From contig JAYTHP010000096.1 in assembly GCA_043732485.1 (NCBI GenBank), positions 1 to 34,830 of the forward strand: 34,830 nucleotides of DNA, in the 5' to 3' direction. Below the pieces are notes generated by a model that worked only from the letters and a program-made list of their open reading frames with translations, did not search any database and was not told where the DNA came from. Below are positions 1-9,392 of the stretch, in pieces. Within the stretch, counting starts at the first letter, position 1. Each line of letters starts with the position of its first letter. This stretch comes from Oligoflexia bacterium (GTDB lineage: Bacteria > Bdellovibrionota > UBA1018). Both the position numbers and the translations under genes were made by a program.

Positions 1-199
1 CCCCCTCAGGAAGAGAGGGGGGACCTGAGAAAGAAGGAAATAAAAAAAAGATCAGTCAGTCAGTCATTAGGCAACAGTCGCAGCCCGCGCCTTGCGTCCA
101 AGGCATAGACGTGCGACAAGCAAAAAAAAGTGAGTCTCGTAGAGTAGTACAGGAGAGTTGACAGTAGTGTGAGTGAAAAAAGCAGTTAGTGAAAAAAAA

Positions 200-255
200 G
201 GCCGGACCCGTTTTGGGAAGCCTTATTTCGGTTTTGATCGATTGATAAACCGAAA
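200..255 (+). promoter_or_regulatory. Two-hairpin structured leader upstream of flgE
   Basis: GGC-cgga-CCC-gtttt-GGG-aa-GCC (200-222) followed by a perfect 9-bp stem TTTCGGTTT/AAACCGAAA (226-234/247-255), about 40 nt before the flgE ATG. Confidence 0.4.
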
Positions 256-296
256 AGTGAATGAACAACAGTAAAAGCAAGAAAGGCGCTTCAAAA

Positions 297-1580
297 ATGG
301 GTATTTTATCGTCTATGTATACAGGTGTTTCTGGTCTCTCCGGTCAAAGTGAGGCGTTGTCCGTCTATTCGGATAACATCGCTAACGCCGGCACCATCGG
401 CTTTAAGGTCTCGAGACCCGAGTTTGAGGACGTGATCTCCAAGTCGCTCAAGGGCTTACTCGGTGGCAATCAAATTGGCCGCGGGGTGCGACTTGCTGCC
501 GTGAATCCGATTTTCACCCAAGGCTCGGTGCAGCAAACCGAGTCGAGCACTGATCTGGCAATCACGGGCGATGGCTTTTTCATGGTCGAAGGCGTCGATG
601 GTCGCAGTTACACTCGTAACGGCAGTTTGCACTTTGATAAGGAAGGAAAACTGATTAACGCCGACAACTTCCGTTTGCTGGGATTTCAAGCCGATGAGAA
701 CGGCAAGATTTCCTCAAAGTTAGGCGATATTTCTTTAAATCGTACCGTGCTAGAGGCCAAACGCTCCAGCGAAGTGAAAATGATCATGAACCTGGATCTA
801 CGCGCCAAAAGCGAAATGGTGTTTGATCCCAAGAATCCTGATCAAACTTCGCATTTCTCAACGGGCGTGACGGTGTTTGACTCGGCAGGAACTGCCCACG
901 CCTCGACCGTTTACTTCAATAAGACGGCCGACGGAGTCTGGAGCTGGAAGGCGATGGTGCGGGGTGAGGAAACCACTAACGGTGTCAAAGGTCAGCTTTT
1001 GGAGTGTGCCGGGGGTAAGCTGAACTTTGATCCGGATGGCCGACTAAAGAACCAAACCACTGAATTTTCTAGTTTTAATTTTAATAACGGAGCCTTACCC
1101 AATCAAAGTATTAAGTTTAACTTTGGTGCTGATAGAGCGCACGGCGGCGAAGGGACCGAAGTGACGCAGTACGGGGGAAGTTCAGAACTCCTGAAATCCA
1201 GTCAAGACGGCTACAGCTCAGGCACCGTCACCGGAATGTCGTTTACTGATGATGGCACCTTAAACGCGCTTTACTCCAACGGTGAGACGATTAGTATTGC
1301 CCAAATCGCGCTAGCCACCTTTGAAGATCCTGAAAGTCTCTTCAAGTTAGGGCAAAATCGCTTTCGCGAAAGCGTACTCTCAGGATCACCCAACATCGGG
1401 GCTCCGTCAGTGGGCGGTAAAGGGAGAATCTCGGCGAAGACCTTGGAAGCGTCCACGACTGACATTGCAGCGGAGTTTATCAACCTGATTCAGGCGCAAA
1501 GAAACTTTCAAGCCAATAGCAAGGTCATTATGACGGCAGACGAGATGTTACAAGAAGTCTTGGCACTCAAGCGCAGTTAA
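297..1580 (+). CDS. flgE: Flagellar hook protein FlgE
   Basis: N-term MGILSSMYTGVSGL...SDNIANAGTIGFK; DLAITGDGFF and YTRNG motifs; C-term LEASTTDIAAEFINLIQAQRNFQANSKVI. ATG at 297 follows GAAAGG and is preferred to 261. Confidence 0.95.
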   Translation: MGILSSMYTGVSGLSGQSEALSVYSDNIANAGTIGFKVSRPEFEDVISKSLKGLLGGNQIGRGVRLAAVNPIFTQGSVQQTESSTDLAITGDGFFMVEGVDGRSYTRNGSLHFDKEGKLINADNFRLLGFQADENGKISSKLGDISLNRTVLEAKRSSEVKMIMNLDLRAKSEMVFDPKNPDQTSHFSTGVTVFDSAGTAHASTVYFNKTADGVWSWKAMVRGEETTNGVKGQLLECAGGKLNFDPDGRLKNQTTEFSSFNFNNGALPNQSIKFNFGADRAHGGEGTEVTQYGGSSELLKSSQDGYSSGTVTGMSFTDDGTLNALYSNGETISIAQIALATFEDPESLFKLGQNRFRESVLSGSPNIGAPSVGGKGRISAKTLEASTTDIAAEFINLIQAQRNFQANSKVIMTADEMLQEVLALKRS

Positions 1581-1606
1581 CTGAGTGGTCGTTTTTTTTA
1601 AGTAAG

Positions 1607-1682
1607 CGCGTTCACTCGCCTCCCCCCCGTTAAACCTCAAAGCGCGACAAGAGCTTTAACGGGGGGGGGGCGAGTGAACGCG
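1607..1682. terminator. Long GC-rich inverted repeat after flgE (terminator or mRNA stabiliser)
   Basis: 28-bp arms CGCGTTCACTCGCCTCCCCCCCGTTAAA / TTTAACGGGGGGGGGGCGAGTGAACGCG with one T-G pair. No U-tract follows on the + strand. Confidence 0.55.
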
Positions 1683-1955
1683 TCTGCTTGGCAGCCAGAT
1701 GTAACCCAACCCCAAACCGCTCCCCCCGAACCCGTGCACGCTTTAATCAGCTTTTGCCCTTATGAGGGGTCTGGTGAGTGAGTAGGCTCTTGGGCTAAAA
1801 AACGATCCGACCAGAAAAAAGTCAAATAATTGTCACTGCTGCTTGGTTTTCAAGGCAAAATATTTATTTTAATAATGAATCTTGATTAAAGGAGTTTCTG
1901 CGCGCAAAATAAATAAAGAGACTTTTTGTTTATTTATTTTGGAGATTCTAAAACT

Positions 1956-2630
1956 ATGCGTTTATTGCTCAAAACTCGAGCAGTCAAGCAGCAAGCGAAA
2001 ACTTCGGGGCAAAGCATCCTGCCCATGCTCTTCGCTCTAGCCAATTTAGTGATGACAATTGGCATGATGGGTTTCATGTTCATGGCCTACATGAAGGATA
2101 AGCGCCAAGCCACCGTCGAGGATCTTTCCTTAAACGGCGGCTCAGAAGAGGGCGATAAGTCCGCACCTGCTGCGGGCGATGCGGCTGCGGATCATAAGAA
2201 TCTGACTGCCGAGGAGATTGCGGAACTGCAAAAATCCGAGCAAAAAGAGAACATTAAGGACGCCGCAGGCTCCAACGTCAATGCGCTGCTGGATGAGCAA
2301 AAAAAACGGGTCGCAAGTTTTGCCAAAATGGTGGCTTTAGAGCAATTCACCATTAATCTTTCTAATCCTGGAACCACCGTGCCGCGCTTTGTCAGAGTCA
2401 ATGTGGCCTTGTCAGTGGAGAATGACGACGTCGAGCTTGAGGTGGTGGCAAAGACCCCGCAAATTAGAAACATTATTATTGATCTTTTTAATAGTCGTAG
2501 GCCCGTGGATCTTTCCAATATGGAGGGCCGCGATTTTATCAAAGAAGAGATCAAAATGAGCGTTAACAATATTTTAGTCATCGGTAAGGTTTTAGGGATT
2601 TTTTTCACGAACTTTTCAATCTCGAACTAG
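1956..2630 (+). CDS. fliL: Flagellar basal-body associated protein FliL
   Basis: Single N-terminal TM helix; C-terminal domain LEQFTINL...RFVRVNVAL...PQIRNIII...IFFTNF; position before fliM; GGAG RBS before ATG 1956. Confidence 0.9.
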   Translation: MRLLLKTRAVKQQAKTSGQSILPMLFALANLVMTIGMMGFMFMAYMKDKRQATVEDLSLNGGSEEGDKSAPAAGDAAADHKNLTAEEIAELQKSEQKENIKDAAGSNVNALLDEQKKRVASFAKMVALEQFTINLSNPGTTVPRFVRVNVALSVENDDVELEVVAKTPQIRNIIIDLFNSRRPVDLSNMEGRDFIKEEIKMSVNNILVIGKVLGIFFTNFSISN

Positions 2631-2793
2631 GTTGCCTGGCTTGGGTGCAAAAAAGCGCGGCAAAAATAAATCGGGCCCCGGCTTGAGGTGTAGCGTCTAG
2701 GTCTAGGGTTGGTGGTGGGGGTCGTCTTGGTCGTCAGGCGATTTTGCAGGCATTGAGAGACGTGTGCGGCGGGTCGAGTAGAAGGGGTTAGGG

Positions 2794-4005
2794 ATGAATC
2801 AAGTTTTAAGTCAAGCGGAAGTAGATGCGCTGCTCACGTCAGTGGCGCCGCAAAGTCCTGCCAAAGAGCCAGCAACAGCAGCAGCTTCCCGTAATGCATC
2901 ACCGTCTGCAGTCGGAGAGGGCTCAGCAGCAGGAGGGGTGGGTGGCGGTCAGGAGGCGGCCAGCAAGAGTGGTGGTGCTGCTTTACGCGCGGTGCCAGGC
3001 GGGAGTGGTGGTTCTAGTGGCAAAGACGGCAAAAATGAGGCCTTCAAGAAAAATATCAGCTTAGATAGTTTCGCAGGAGCCGCCAGCTTTGACGAGGTCG
3101 GTGAAGATTCGTCGTCGGGTCTCCAGGGGCCTGAGGTCACAGCCTACGATATTACCAATCAGGACCGCGTGATCCGTGGGAGAATGCCCACGCTGGACAT
3201 TATTTATGAGCGTTTTATCCGACTTTACCGGATGTCGCTTTCGAACGCCTTGCGGAAGATTGCCACAATCAGCATCATCTCCACGGATTTATTGAAGTTT
3301 GGAGAGTTCGTCAATACCCTGCCGATCCCCTCTTGTATGTGCATCATGCGTTTTGAGAGCCTCAGGGGTCCAGCCCTTCTGGTTTTTGAGTCAAAACTGG
3401 CCTACGCACTTGTGGATAGTTTTTTTGGTGGCACTGATCGGCCTTTTACCAAGATTGAAGGGAAAGAATTCACTAAAATTGAGTTGTCAATCATGAATAA
3501 AGTCATGAACTTGGCGATTAAAGATCTGGAAGAGGCCTGGGCCCCAGTGCATAAGGTCGATGTCGCTTATATTCGTACCGAAGTGAATCCGCAGTTTGTG
3601 GGGGTGGTGCCGCCCTCGGATGTCATTATCTCAACGACCTTTGAAGTAGAGCTTGAGAACGCCAGTGGCACGATTGCCTTGGTGATTCCTTATTCGACCA
3701 TTGAGCCGATTAAAAACAAGCTCAACGCCTCCTTTCAGACGGAAACCGATAATGTTGACCGCGAGTGGACGGCCAAGCTGCAAGAGCATCTGCATCACAC
3801 GGAGCTCAACATCCTGGTGAATTTAGGGGTGGCGAACATTAGAGTCGGCGATTTGGTCAATTTGAATATTGGCGACATCATCCCGCTGACTCAAGATGCA
3901 GACGGGGAGTTAGATGTCATGATTGAAGGGGTATCGAAGTTGAAGTGTTTACTTGGGGTGTCACGCGGTAATCGCGCCATCCAGGTGACGCGCGTGCTGG
4001 TCTAA
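2794..4005 (+). CDS. fliM: Flagellar motor switch protein FliM
   Basis: N-terminal CheY-binding peptide VLSQAEVDALL; VDSFFGG; RTEVNPQF; C-terminal SpoA domain. Confidence 0.96.
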   Translation: MNQVLSQAEVDALLTSVAPQSPAKEPATAAASRNASPSAVGEGSAAGGVGGGQEAASKSGGAALRAVPGGSGGSSGKDGKNEAFKKNISLDSFAGAASFDEVGEDSSSGLQGPEVTAYDITNQDRVIRGRMPTLDIIYERFIRLYRMSLSNALRKIATISIISTDLLKFGEFVNTLPIPSCMCIMRFESLRGPALLVFESKLAYALVDSFFGGTDRPFTKIEGKEFTKIELSIMNKVMNLAIKDLEEAWAPVHKVDVAYIRTEVNPQFVGVVPPSDVIISTTFEVELENASGTIALVIPYSTIEPIKNKLNASFQTETDNVDREWTAKLQEHLHHTELNILVNLGVANIRVGDLVNLNIGDIIPLTQDADGELDVMIEGVSKLKCLLGVSRGNRAIQVTRVLV

Positions 4006-4113
4006 GCGAAGCCGCAGCCTCACATTCTCTCGCATGCTAAGGAGAGGGTTGGGAGGAGAGGGAGATCAGAGCGAGATCAGAGGAAGACAAAACAGGGGAA
4101 GGGGGGGTTGCAA

Positions 4114-4491
4114 GTGGCAGATAACTCAAGAAGAACAAATGGCGGGAGCAGCGCGCAGGTGGAGGCCGCGGCGATGGACGATCAGGAGGTCGATGAGCAG
4201 GGGCGGCCAGGCGGCAGCGATGCCCCGCCGTTACAGTCGCTGGATTTTATTCTGGATATTCCCCTCAAGGTGACGGCCGAATTGGGTCGCTCGAAGATGG
4301 CTATTCATGAAATTTTACAGCTAGCGCAGGGGTCGGTGATTGAGTTGTCAAAATTTGCAGGCGAGCCGCTTGAGGTGCTCGTCAACGATAAGCTGATTGC
4401 CCGCGGGGAAGTGGTGGTGGTGAACGAAAAGTTCGGGATTCGCTTGACCGATATTATCTCACCCATTGAAAGGATTGAGCAATTAAAATGA
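4114..4491 (+). CDS. fliN: Flagellar motor switch protein FliN
   Basis: LDFILDIPLKVTAELGR...GEVVVVNEKFGIRLTDII SpoA domain. Start uncertain (GTG 4114 after a G-rich RBS). Confidence 0.95.
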   Translation: MADNSRRTNGGSSAQVEAAAMDDQEVDEQGRPGGSDAPPLQSLDFILDIPLKVTAELGRSKMAIHEILQLAQGSVIELSKFAGEPLEVLVNDKLIARGEVVVVNEKFGIRLTDIISPIERIEQLK

Positions 4492-6263
4492 ACACTGGCA
4501 AACTTTGGGTCAATGATCGGCAGAGTCAAGGCTACCTCCACCCGGCGGCTGCAGCTGCTCGGAGTGGGCGGGTAGTCAGGCGCCAAAAGTCTGCGGGGAA
4601 TGGTTTGCGTCGCCTGAGTTTTTGGCCACTTTTGGGTCTGCTTGCCTTGATGGGGAGCGCGAATGCCAGCCCAAACCGACTGCGTACGATTGATTGGCAG
4701 CCGGGTGAGGATCAAGTGCGTTTGGGGCTGGATCGCCCCGTGAAGCCCTCGCAGCTGCAAAGCGAATGGATTCGCGGTATGGTGCAAATCACCCTGCAGG
4801 GCGTCCAGATCGATCCGGCACAGGTTTTACCGAGCCGAGGGGGTCGAATTTCCAAGGTTTTTGCCTACCAATACAATCCGCAAGTTGTCCGTATGCGGGT
4901 CAACTTGAGCGACGAGGCTGGGTTGCCGGTTGACGGTGAGAAGCCGCCAGTCAAGCTCCTGATGGAAGGAAAAACGGTGAAGGTGGTGATTTTTGATGCT
5001 GCCGCCGTGGCAGGGGCGCAGCAGGAGTCTCAGCCCTTTGCGTCGCCGTTTGAGGATCTGGAGGAGAGCGGGAGGGCTCAGGTCTCTTCGTTTTCCGGGT
5101 CCGCAGGCGAACCTGCGTCGCCGGGATCGTCGGTAAAAGTGGAGGCAGGCAGAGGCGTTGACCCGGAGAAAAAGAGTTTGTTAAGCCTGGAGGACTCCTT
5201 GTCGCTGGTCGCTTCAGGGGTTGCCAGCTCCACACTGGGGGGGCCTGCAGGCATAGCGGCGGAGAAGGAGCAGGAGTCTGCTGAAGGCAGCGGGATGGCT
5301 ACGGGGCGTCTTGCTGGCGGTGCAAGTGACGGCGTGCGGGGCTTGGCAGAAGGGAAGAAAGTAGCAGAAGACAAGCGGGCTGAGCTGAGCAAAAGCCTCC
5401 CGGTTGTTGCTCCCCTGGAGAGTGGCAAGATGGGAACAAAAGGTGCCGGTTCTGCAGCAAAGCTGAAGGGGACAAAAGAGCAGCCGCAACAGGTGCAGCA
5501 ACAGGCGCGTGGTGTCGGAGTTAGCGTCGGCGTTGTTGCTGCTGCTGCTGCGGGGAGTGCCGAGATCAAGCCGTTGGCGGCAGCAGCAGCGTCTGGTGCC
5601 TTGAGCAAAGAGGCTAAGGCGCTTGATTTGAGCGGGACAAGCAGCGTGACAAGCAGCAATGATCCGCAGCTGGGTCCTGAGCCATCCCCTGCTGCGACGG
5701 CGCGGCAAGCAAGAGGGACTCGACCCGGGCAGTTTCCGGATCTCAAGCAGTTTTTAATGAAATTCCTGCTCGTTTTGGCGAGTTTTCTGGCACTTGCGGC
5801 GCTCGTCCTACGGTTTCGTAAGCCCTTGCTGAGTTGGATGGCAGCGAAAGGTGCTGGCGCCGAGGAGGAGTCGCCCTGGGCGATGAAAGTTGTGAGCAGG
5901 CATCAGTTGGATGCCAAGAAGTCGCTTGCGCTTTTAAAAGTCGGAGGCGAGCATTTCTTATTAGCGCTGACACCTGAGAGCGTCTCTTTACTTGCGGGCG
6001 TGAAAGCAAAGCGCGCACGAGGGGCTGATGAGTTCGCTGGGCTGGAGCGCGCAGGGCTTGACCGAGACGAGCAAGACTTCAGTACTGAGGCGGGCGGAGA
6101 TTTGTTTGGCACGCTGCTGGAGTCAGAGAAGTTTCTCCCCAGCAGTGCGGTGGGAAGTCGTCTTGGGAGCGTTGGGGTGGGTGGGGGCGGGAGTCTGGAG
6201 CGGGGGGAGAGTCAGATTCGCTCGCGCATTAAAAGTAGGCTTGAGGGCTTAAAGCCGTTATGA
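4488..6263 (+). CDS. fliO: Extended FliO: signal-like segment, AMIN-like domain, long low-complexity linker, TM helix, FliO domain
   Basis: ATGA overlaps with both fliN and fliP. C-terminal TM ([16 protein letters not shown]) is followed by [37 protein letters not shown], the typical FliO/FliZ signature. Confidence 0.8.
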   Translation: MNTGKLWVNDRQSQGYLHPAAAAARSGRVVRRQKSAGNGLRRLSFWPLLGLLALMGSANASPNRLRTIDWQPGEDQVRLGLDRPVKPSQLQSEWIRGMVQITLQGVQIDPAQVLPSRGGRISKVFAYQYNPQVVRMRVNLSDEAGLPVDGEKPPVKLLMEGKTVKVVIFDAAAVAGAQQESQPFASPFEDLEESGRAQVSSFSGSAGEPASPGSSVKVEAGRGVDPEKKSLLSLEDSLSLVASGVASSTLGGPAGIAAEKEQESAEGSGMATGRLAGGASDGVRGLAEGKKVAEDKRAELSKSLPVVAPLESGKMGTKGAGSAAKLKGTKEQPQQVQQQARGVGVSVGVVAAAAAGSAEIKPLAAAAASGALSKEAKALDLSGTSSVTSSNDPQLGPEPSPAATARQARGTRPGQFPDLKQFLMKFLLVLASFLALAALVLRFRKPLLSWMAAKGAGAEEESPWAMKVVSRHQLDAKKSLALLKVGGEHFLLALTPESVSLLAGVKAKRARGADEFAGLERAGLDRDEQDFSTEAGGDLFGTLLESEKFLPSSAVGSRLGSVGVGGGGSLERGESQIRSRIKSRLEGLKPL

Positions 6264-7063
6264 GCACCTTTTGGTCAGCGCGCGGTTGCGCCAAAACTTC
6301 ATCGTTGTTTGCGGTGACTGGGTTAGCCTGCGTGCTGGCCCCGGCTGCCGCCTGGGCAGCGTCGTTGGTCCCTGGCACGTCGGGCCTGGTGTTGCCGTCC
6401 CTCAGTTTGTCGTTTTCGCAGTCCAAGGAACCATCCGATTTGGTGGCCGTGCTGCGCATCATGATGCTGCTGACCGTCTTGACGCTTGCGCCTGCGATTT
6501 TGATCATGACCACTTCGTTTACCCGCATTGTGGTGGTCTTAAGTTTTTTGCGGCAAGCCTTAGGGACGCAGCAGATGCCGCCTAATCAACTGATCGTCGG
6601 GCTGGCGCTTTTCTTGAGCTTTTTCGTCATGGCGCCCACCTGGAAAGTGATCACGAACGAGGCGATTGAGCCTTATTTGAATCACCAGATGAGTCAAACC
6701 ACCGCTTTTGCGAAGGCCGAAGCCCCGCTTCGGGATTTCATGTTTCATCAAACGCGCGAGAAGGATTTGGAGTTTTTTCTCAATCTCTCGCGCGAAGCAA
6801 AACCGCAAAAGCGACTGGACGTGCCCACGCTGGTGTTGATCCCGGCGTTTATCATTAGTGAGCTCAAGACCGCCTTTCAAATTGGGTTTATGCTCTATTT
6901 GCCGTTTTTAGTCTTAGACCTGGTGGTCTCAAGCGTTTTAATGGCCATGGGGATGATGATGCTACCGCCTGCGACCATTGCTTTGCCGTTTAAGCTGCTG
7001 CTCTTCGTTTTAGTGGATGGCTGGGAGCTCGTGGCAGGATCGCTTGTGAAGAGTTTTGGCTAA
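6260..7063 (+). CDS. fliP: Flagellar export gate protein FliP
   Basis: [63 protein letters not shown]. Confidence 0.98.
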   Translation: MSTFWSARGCAKTSSLFAVTGLACVLAPAAAWAASLVPGTSGLVLPSLSLSFSQSKEPSDLVAVLRIMMLLTVLTLAPAILIMTTSFTRIVVVLSFLRQALGTQQMPPNQLIVGLALFLSFFVMAPTWKVITNEAIEPYLNHQMSQTTAFAKAEAPLRDFMFHQTREKDLEFFLNLSREAKPQKRLDVPTLVLIPAFIISELKTAFQIGFMLYLPFLVLDLVVSSVLMAMGMMMLPPATIALPFKLLLFVLVDGWELVAGSLVKSFG

Positions 7064-7106
7064 AGCCTGGCCTAGAGCGGGAAAAAAGTGAATGGGATGA
7101 GAGGGG

Positions 7107-7391
7107 ATGGGGGGTTGTTGCGTGACTGAAGAGCAAGTCTTATTGATCGGGACGGAAGCACTGAAGACGATTATTTTCCTGGCCGGACCGCTGCTGCTCG
7201 CAGCAATGTCCGTCGGGCTAGTGGTGAGTTTCTTGCAAGCCATCACCCAGATTAACGAGTCGACCTTGACGTTCATCCCCAAGATGATTGCCGTGATTGC
7301 GGTGCTTTTTTTCATGGCGCCCTGGATGCTCGACACCATGGAGCAATACACCATCCAGGTGATCACTCAGGCAGGTGAGTCGGTGCACTAG
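7107..7391 (+). CDS. fliQ: Flagellar export gate protein FliQ
   Basis: GLVVSFLQAITQINESTLTFIPK. The true start may be the GTG a few codons downstream. Confidence 0.97.
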   Translation: MGGCCVTEEQVLLIGTEALKTIIFLAGPLLLAAMSVGLVVSFLQAITQINESTLTFIPKMIAVIAVLFFMAPWMLDTMEQYTIQVITQAGESVH

Positions 7392-7393
7392 CG

Positions 7394-8209
7394 ATGTCAC
7401 TTTTTAACTTTAACTTAGCAGAAGTCCTCAGTTTTTTTGCGGTGCTGGTGCGCTTTACCACGCTGTTTGCAGTTTTACCGATCACCGGTGATCGCATGGT
7501 GCTGCAGCCGCTCAAGCTGCTGTTAGGGATGGCCGTGACACTTTTGTTGTTCCCAAGCCTGGTGCGCTCGCACGCCATTGAGGTGCGCGCGGCGTGGCTC
7601 TGGAGCAGCACGGTGACGGGCTTAGTGGGGACGCTGCTCAGTGAGGTGCTCTTTGCTTTGCTCTTGGGCTGGATTGCGAAACTGCTGTTTGAAGGGATTG
7701 CCATGAGTGGGCATTTGGTGGGAACGTACATGGGGTTTGCTCAGGCGAGCTCTTATGATCCGCATCAAGAGACCCAGACCCAGATTGTTGCCCAACTGCA
7801 GTCGGCGCTTGCGATGCTGCTGTTTCTGGCGCTTGAAGGGCACCATTTGATGTTGCAAGCAGCCTTAGGCAGTTACCAGGTCTTAGGCTTGGGTCAGTTG
7901 CAAGGGGTTTCCGCTCCCATCGCCCACCAGTTGATTGCCCATTGCGGGGAGGTGCTGGTGATGGCCGTGCAGTTGTCAGCGCCGGTGGGGGTGTCGTTGT
8001 TTGCCGTCAACGCCTTGTTTGGGATGATCGGTAAGGCCATCCCACAACTGAATATTCTAGCGATCTCGTTGACGATTACCGTTTTAGTGGGTTTGTGGGT
8101 GATGCTGATGACGCTAGGCGAGTCGGCAGGGATTATGGCCTTTTGGTTTGAAAAAATCATAGATTGGCTGAACGAAGCGGCGTGGCTGGGCGCCCACGCC
8201 GAGCATTGA
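7394..8209 (+). CDS. fliR: Flagellar export gate protein FliR
   Basis: Polytopic membrane protein with MGF...YDP, LFLALEGHHLML and KAIPQLNIL motifs; synteny fliQ-fliR-flhB. Confidence 0.95.
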   Translation: MSLFNFNLAEVLSFFAVLVRFTTLFAVLPITGDRMVLQPLKLLLGMAVTLLLFPSLVRSHAIEVRAAWLWSSTVTGLVGTLLSEVLFALLLGWIAKLLFEGIAMSGHLVGTYMGFAQASSYDPHQETQTQIVAQLQSALAMLLFLALEGHHLMLQAALGSYQVLGLGQLQGVSAPIAHQLIAHCGEVLVMAVQLSAPVGVSLFAVNALFGMIGKAIPQLNILAISLTITVLVGLWVMLMTLGESAGIMAFWFEKIIDWLNEAAWLGAHAEH

Positions 8210-8243
8210 TAAAACGTGCGAGCAGGGAAAGGAGAGCTGATTT

Positions 8244-9341
8244 CTGGCTGAAGGGAGCGAAAAACCATCAAACGAAGACTTAACCGAAGAGGCCTCCCAG
8301 AGCCGCATTGATGAGCTGCGTCAAAAAGGGCAAGTGGGGCAGTCGCGCGAGCTCTCGGCGCTTGCGGCTTTTTTTGCAACCGCGGTGATGACGCTCAGCA
8401 CTTCGCAAACCGCTTTTGCGAAGCTGGTAGAGCTGATGCGGGAGGTTTTTCGCACCGATTGGTCTTCGCGCTTGGATTTAGGTTCCGCTGCCATTTTGCA
8501 CTCAGTGGGAACGCGGTGTTTGGAAATCCTCATTGAGCTTGCCTTACCGATCAGTCTGGCAGGCTTCCTGGCTGGCGCCTTGGCAAGCTTTGTGCAAATT
8601 GGCCCGATCTGGTCGTTTGATCCCATGATGCCGGATTTATCGAAAGTTGACCCGTTGCAGGGGCTTTTACGACTCTTTTCGCTCAAGCAGTTGCTTGAGA
8701 ACGCCAAGATCCTGGCTAAAACCGTGGTGGCGTTGATGGTGAGTTACACCCTGGTGGTGAACCAGATTTTTCAAGCGCCCGAGTACTTTAGTGCTAGCCC
8801 CGGGTTTTTGATCGAAAGTTACGGCAGGGTCTCACGCACTATTTTTGCTAAGTTTGTGTTTGTTTACGGGCTTTTTGCGGTCCTGGATTTTTTTTACCAG
8901 CGTTTCGAGTTTGGCAAAAGCGTCAGGCAGACCAAGCAACAGGCCAAGCAAGAGGCCAAGGAGCGCGACGGGGATCCGCAGATTCGTGCCCGTATTCGCT
9001 CAGCCCAGCGCGCCATGGCCCGTAAGCGCATGATGCAGGCCGTGAAAAAAGCCGATGTGGTGGTCACCAACCCGACCCACTTTGCGGTGGCCTTAAGCTA
9101 TCAGCGCTCAGACATGAGTGCGCCGCAGGTGGTGGCTAAGGGGGCGGATTTCATGGCCGCCCGCATTAAGGCTGTGGCCAGCGAAGCAGGCGTACCGTTG
9201 GTCGAGAACGTGGCGCTGGCTCGGGCCTTGTACAGCTCGGTGAAAATCGGTCAAAGCATCCCGCGCAACTTGTATCAGGCGGTTGCCGAAGTGCTGGCCT
9301 ACGTCTATCGCTTGAAAACAGGAAGTGGTGGGGCCCCATGA
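8244..9341 (+). CDS. flhB: Flagellar export switch protein FlhB (probable CTG start)
   Basis: NPTH autocleavage motif, KERDGDPQIR, VAKGAD, AVAEVLAYVY. The conserved N-terminus (EDLTEEASQSRIDELRQKGQV) lies in frame upstream of the listed start at 8334. Confidence 0.95.
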   Translation: MAEGSEKPSNEDLTEEASQSRIDELRQKGQVGQSRELSALAAFFATAVMTLSTSQTAFAKLVELMREVFRTDWSSRLDLGSAAILHSVGTRCLEILIELALPISLAGFLAGALASFVQIGPIWSFDPMMPDLSKVDPLQGLLRLFSLKQLLENAKILAKTVVALMVSYTLVVNQIFQAPEYFSASPGFLIESYGRVSRTIFAKFVFVYGLFAVLDFFYQRFEFGKSVRQTKQQAKQEAKERDGDPQIRARIRSAQRAMARKRMMQAVKKADVVVTNPTHFAVALSYQRSDMSAPQVVAKGADFMAARIKAVASEAGVPLVENVALARALYSSVKIGQSIPRNLYQAVAEVLAYVYRLKTGSGGAP

Positions 9342-9392
9342 GTGGCAACGATCCTCACCGCAGCAATCCGAAAAAAAAAGGGGCGATAAAGC

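Noticed and set aside
1840..1910. Sigma-54 promoter for fliL
   Set aside because: No convincing TGGC-N-TTGC (-24/-12) element with correct spacing found by eye.
8334..9341. flhB as a truncated or frameshifted pseudogene
   Set aside because: The apparently missing N-terminus is present in the same frame; a CTG start explains it.
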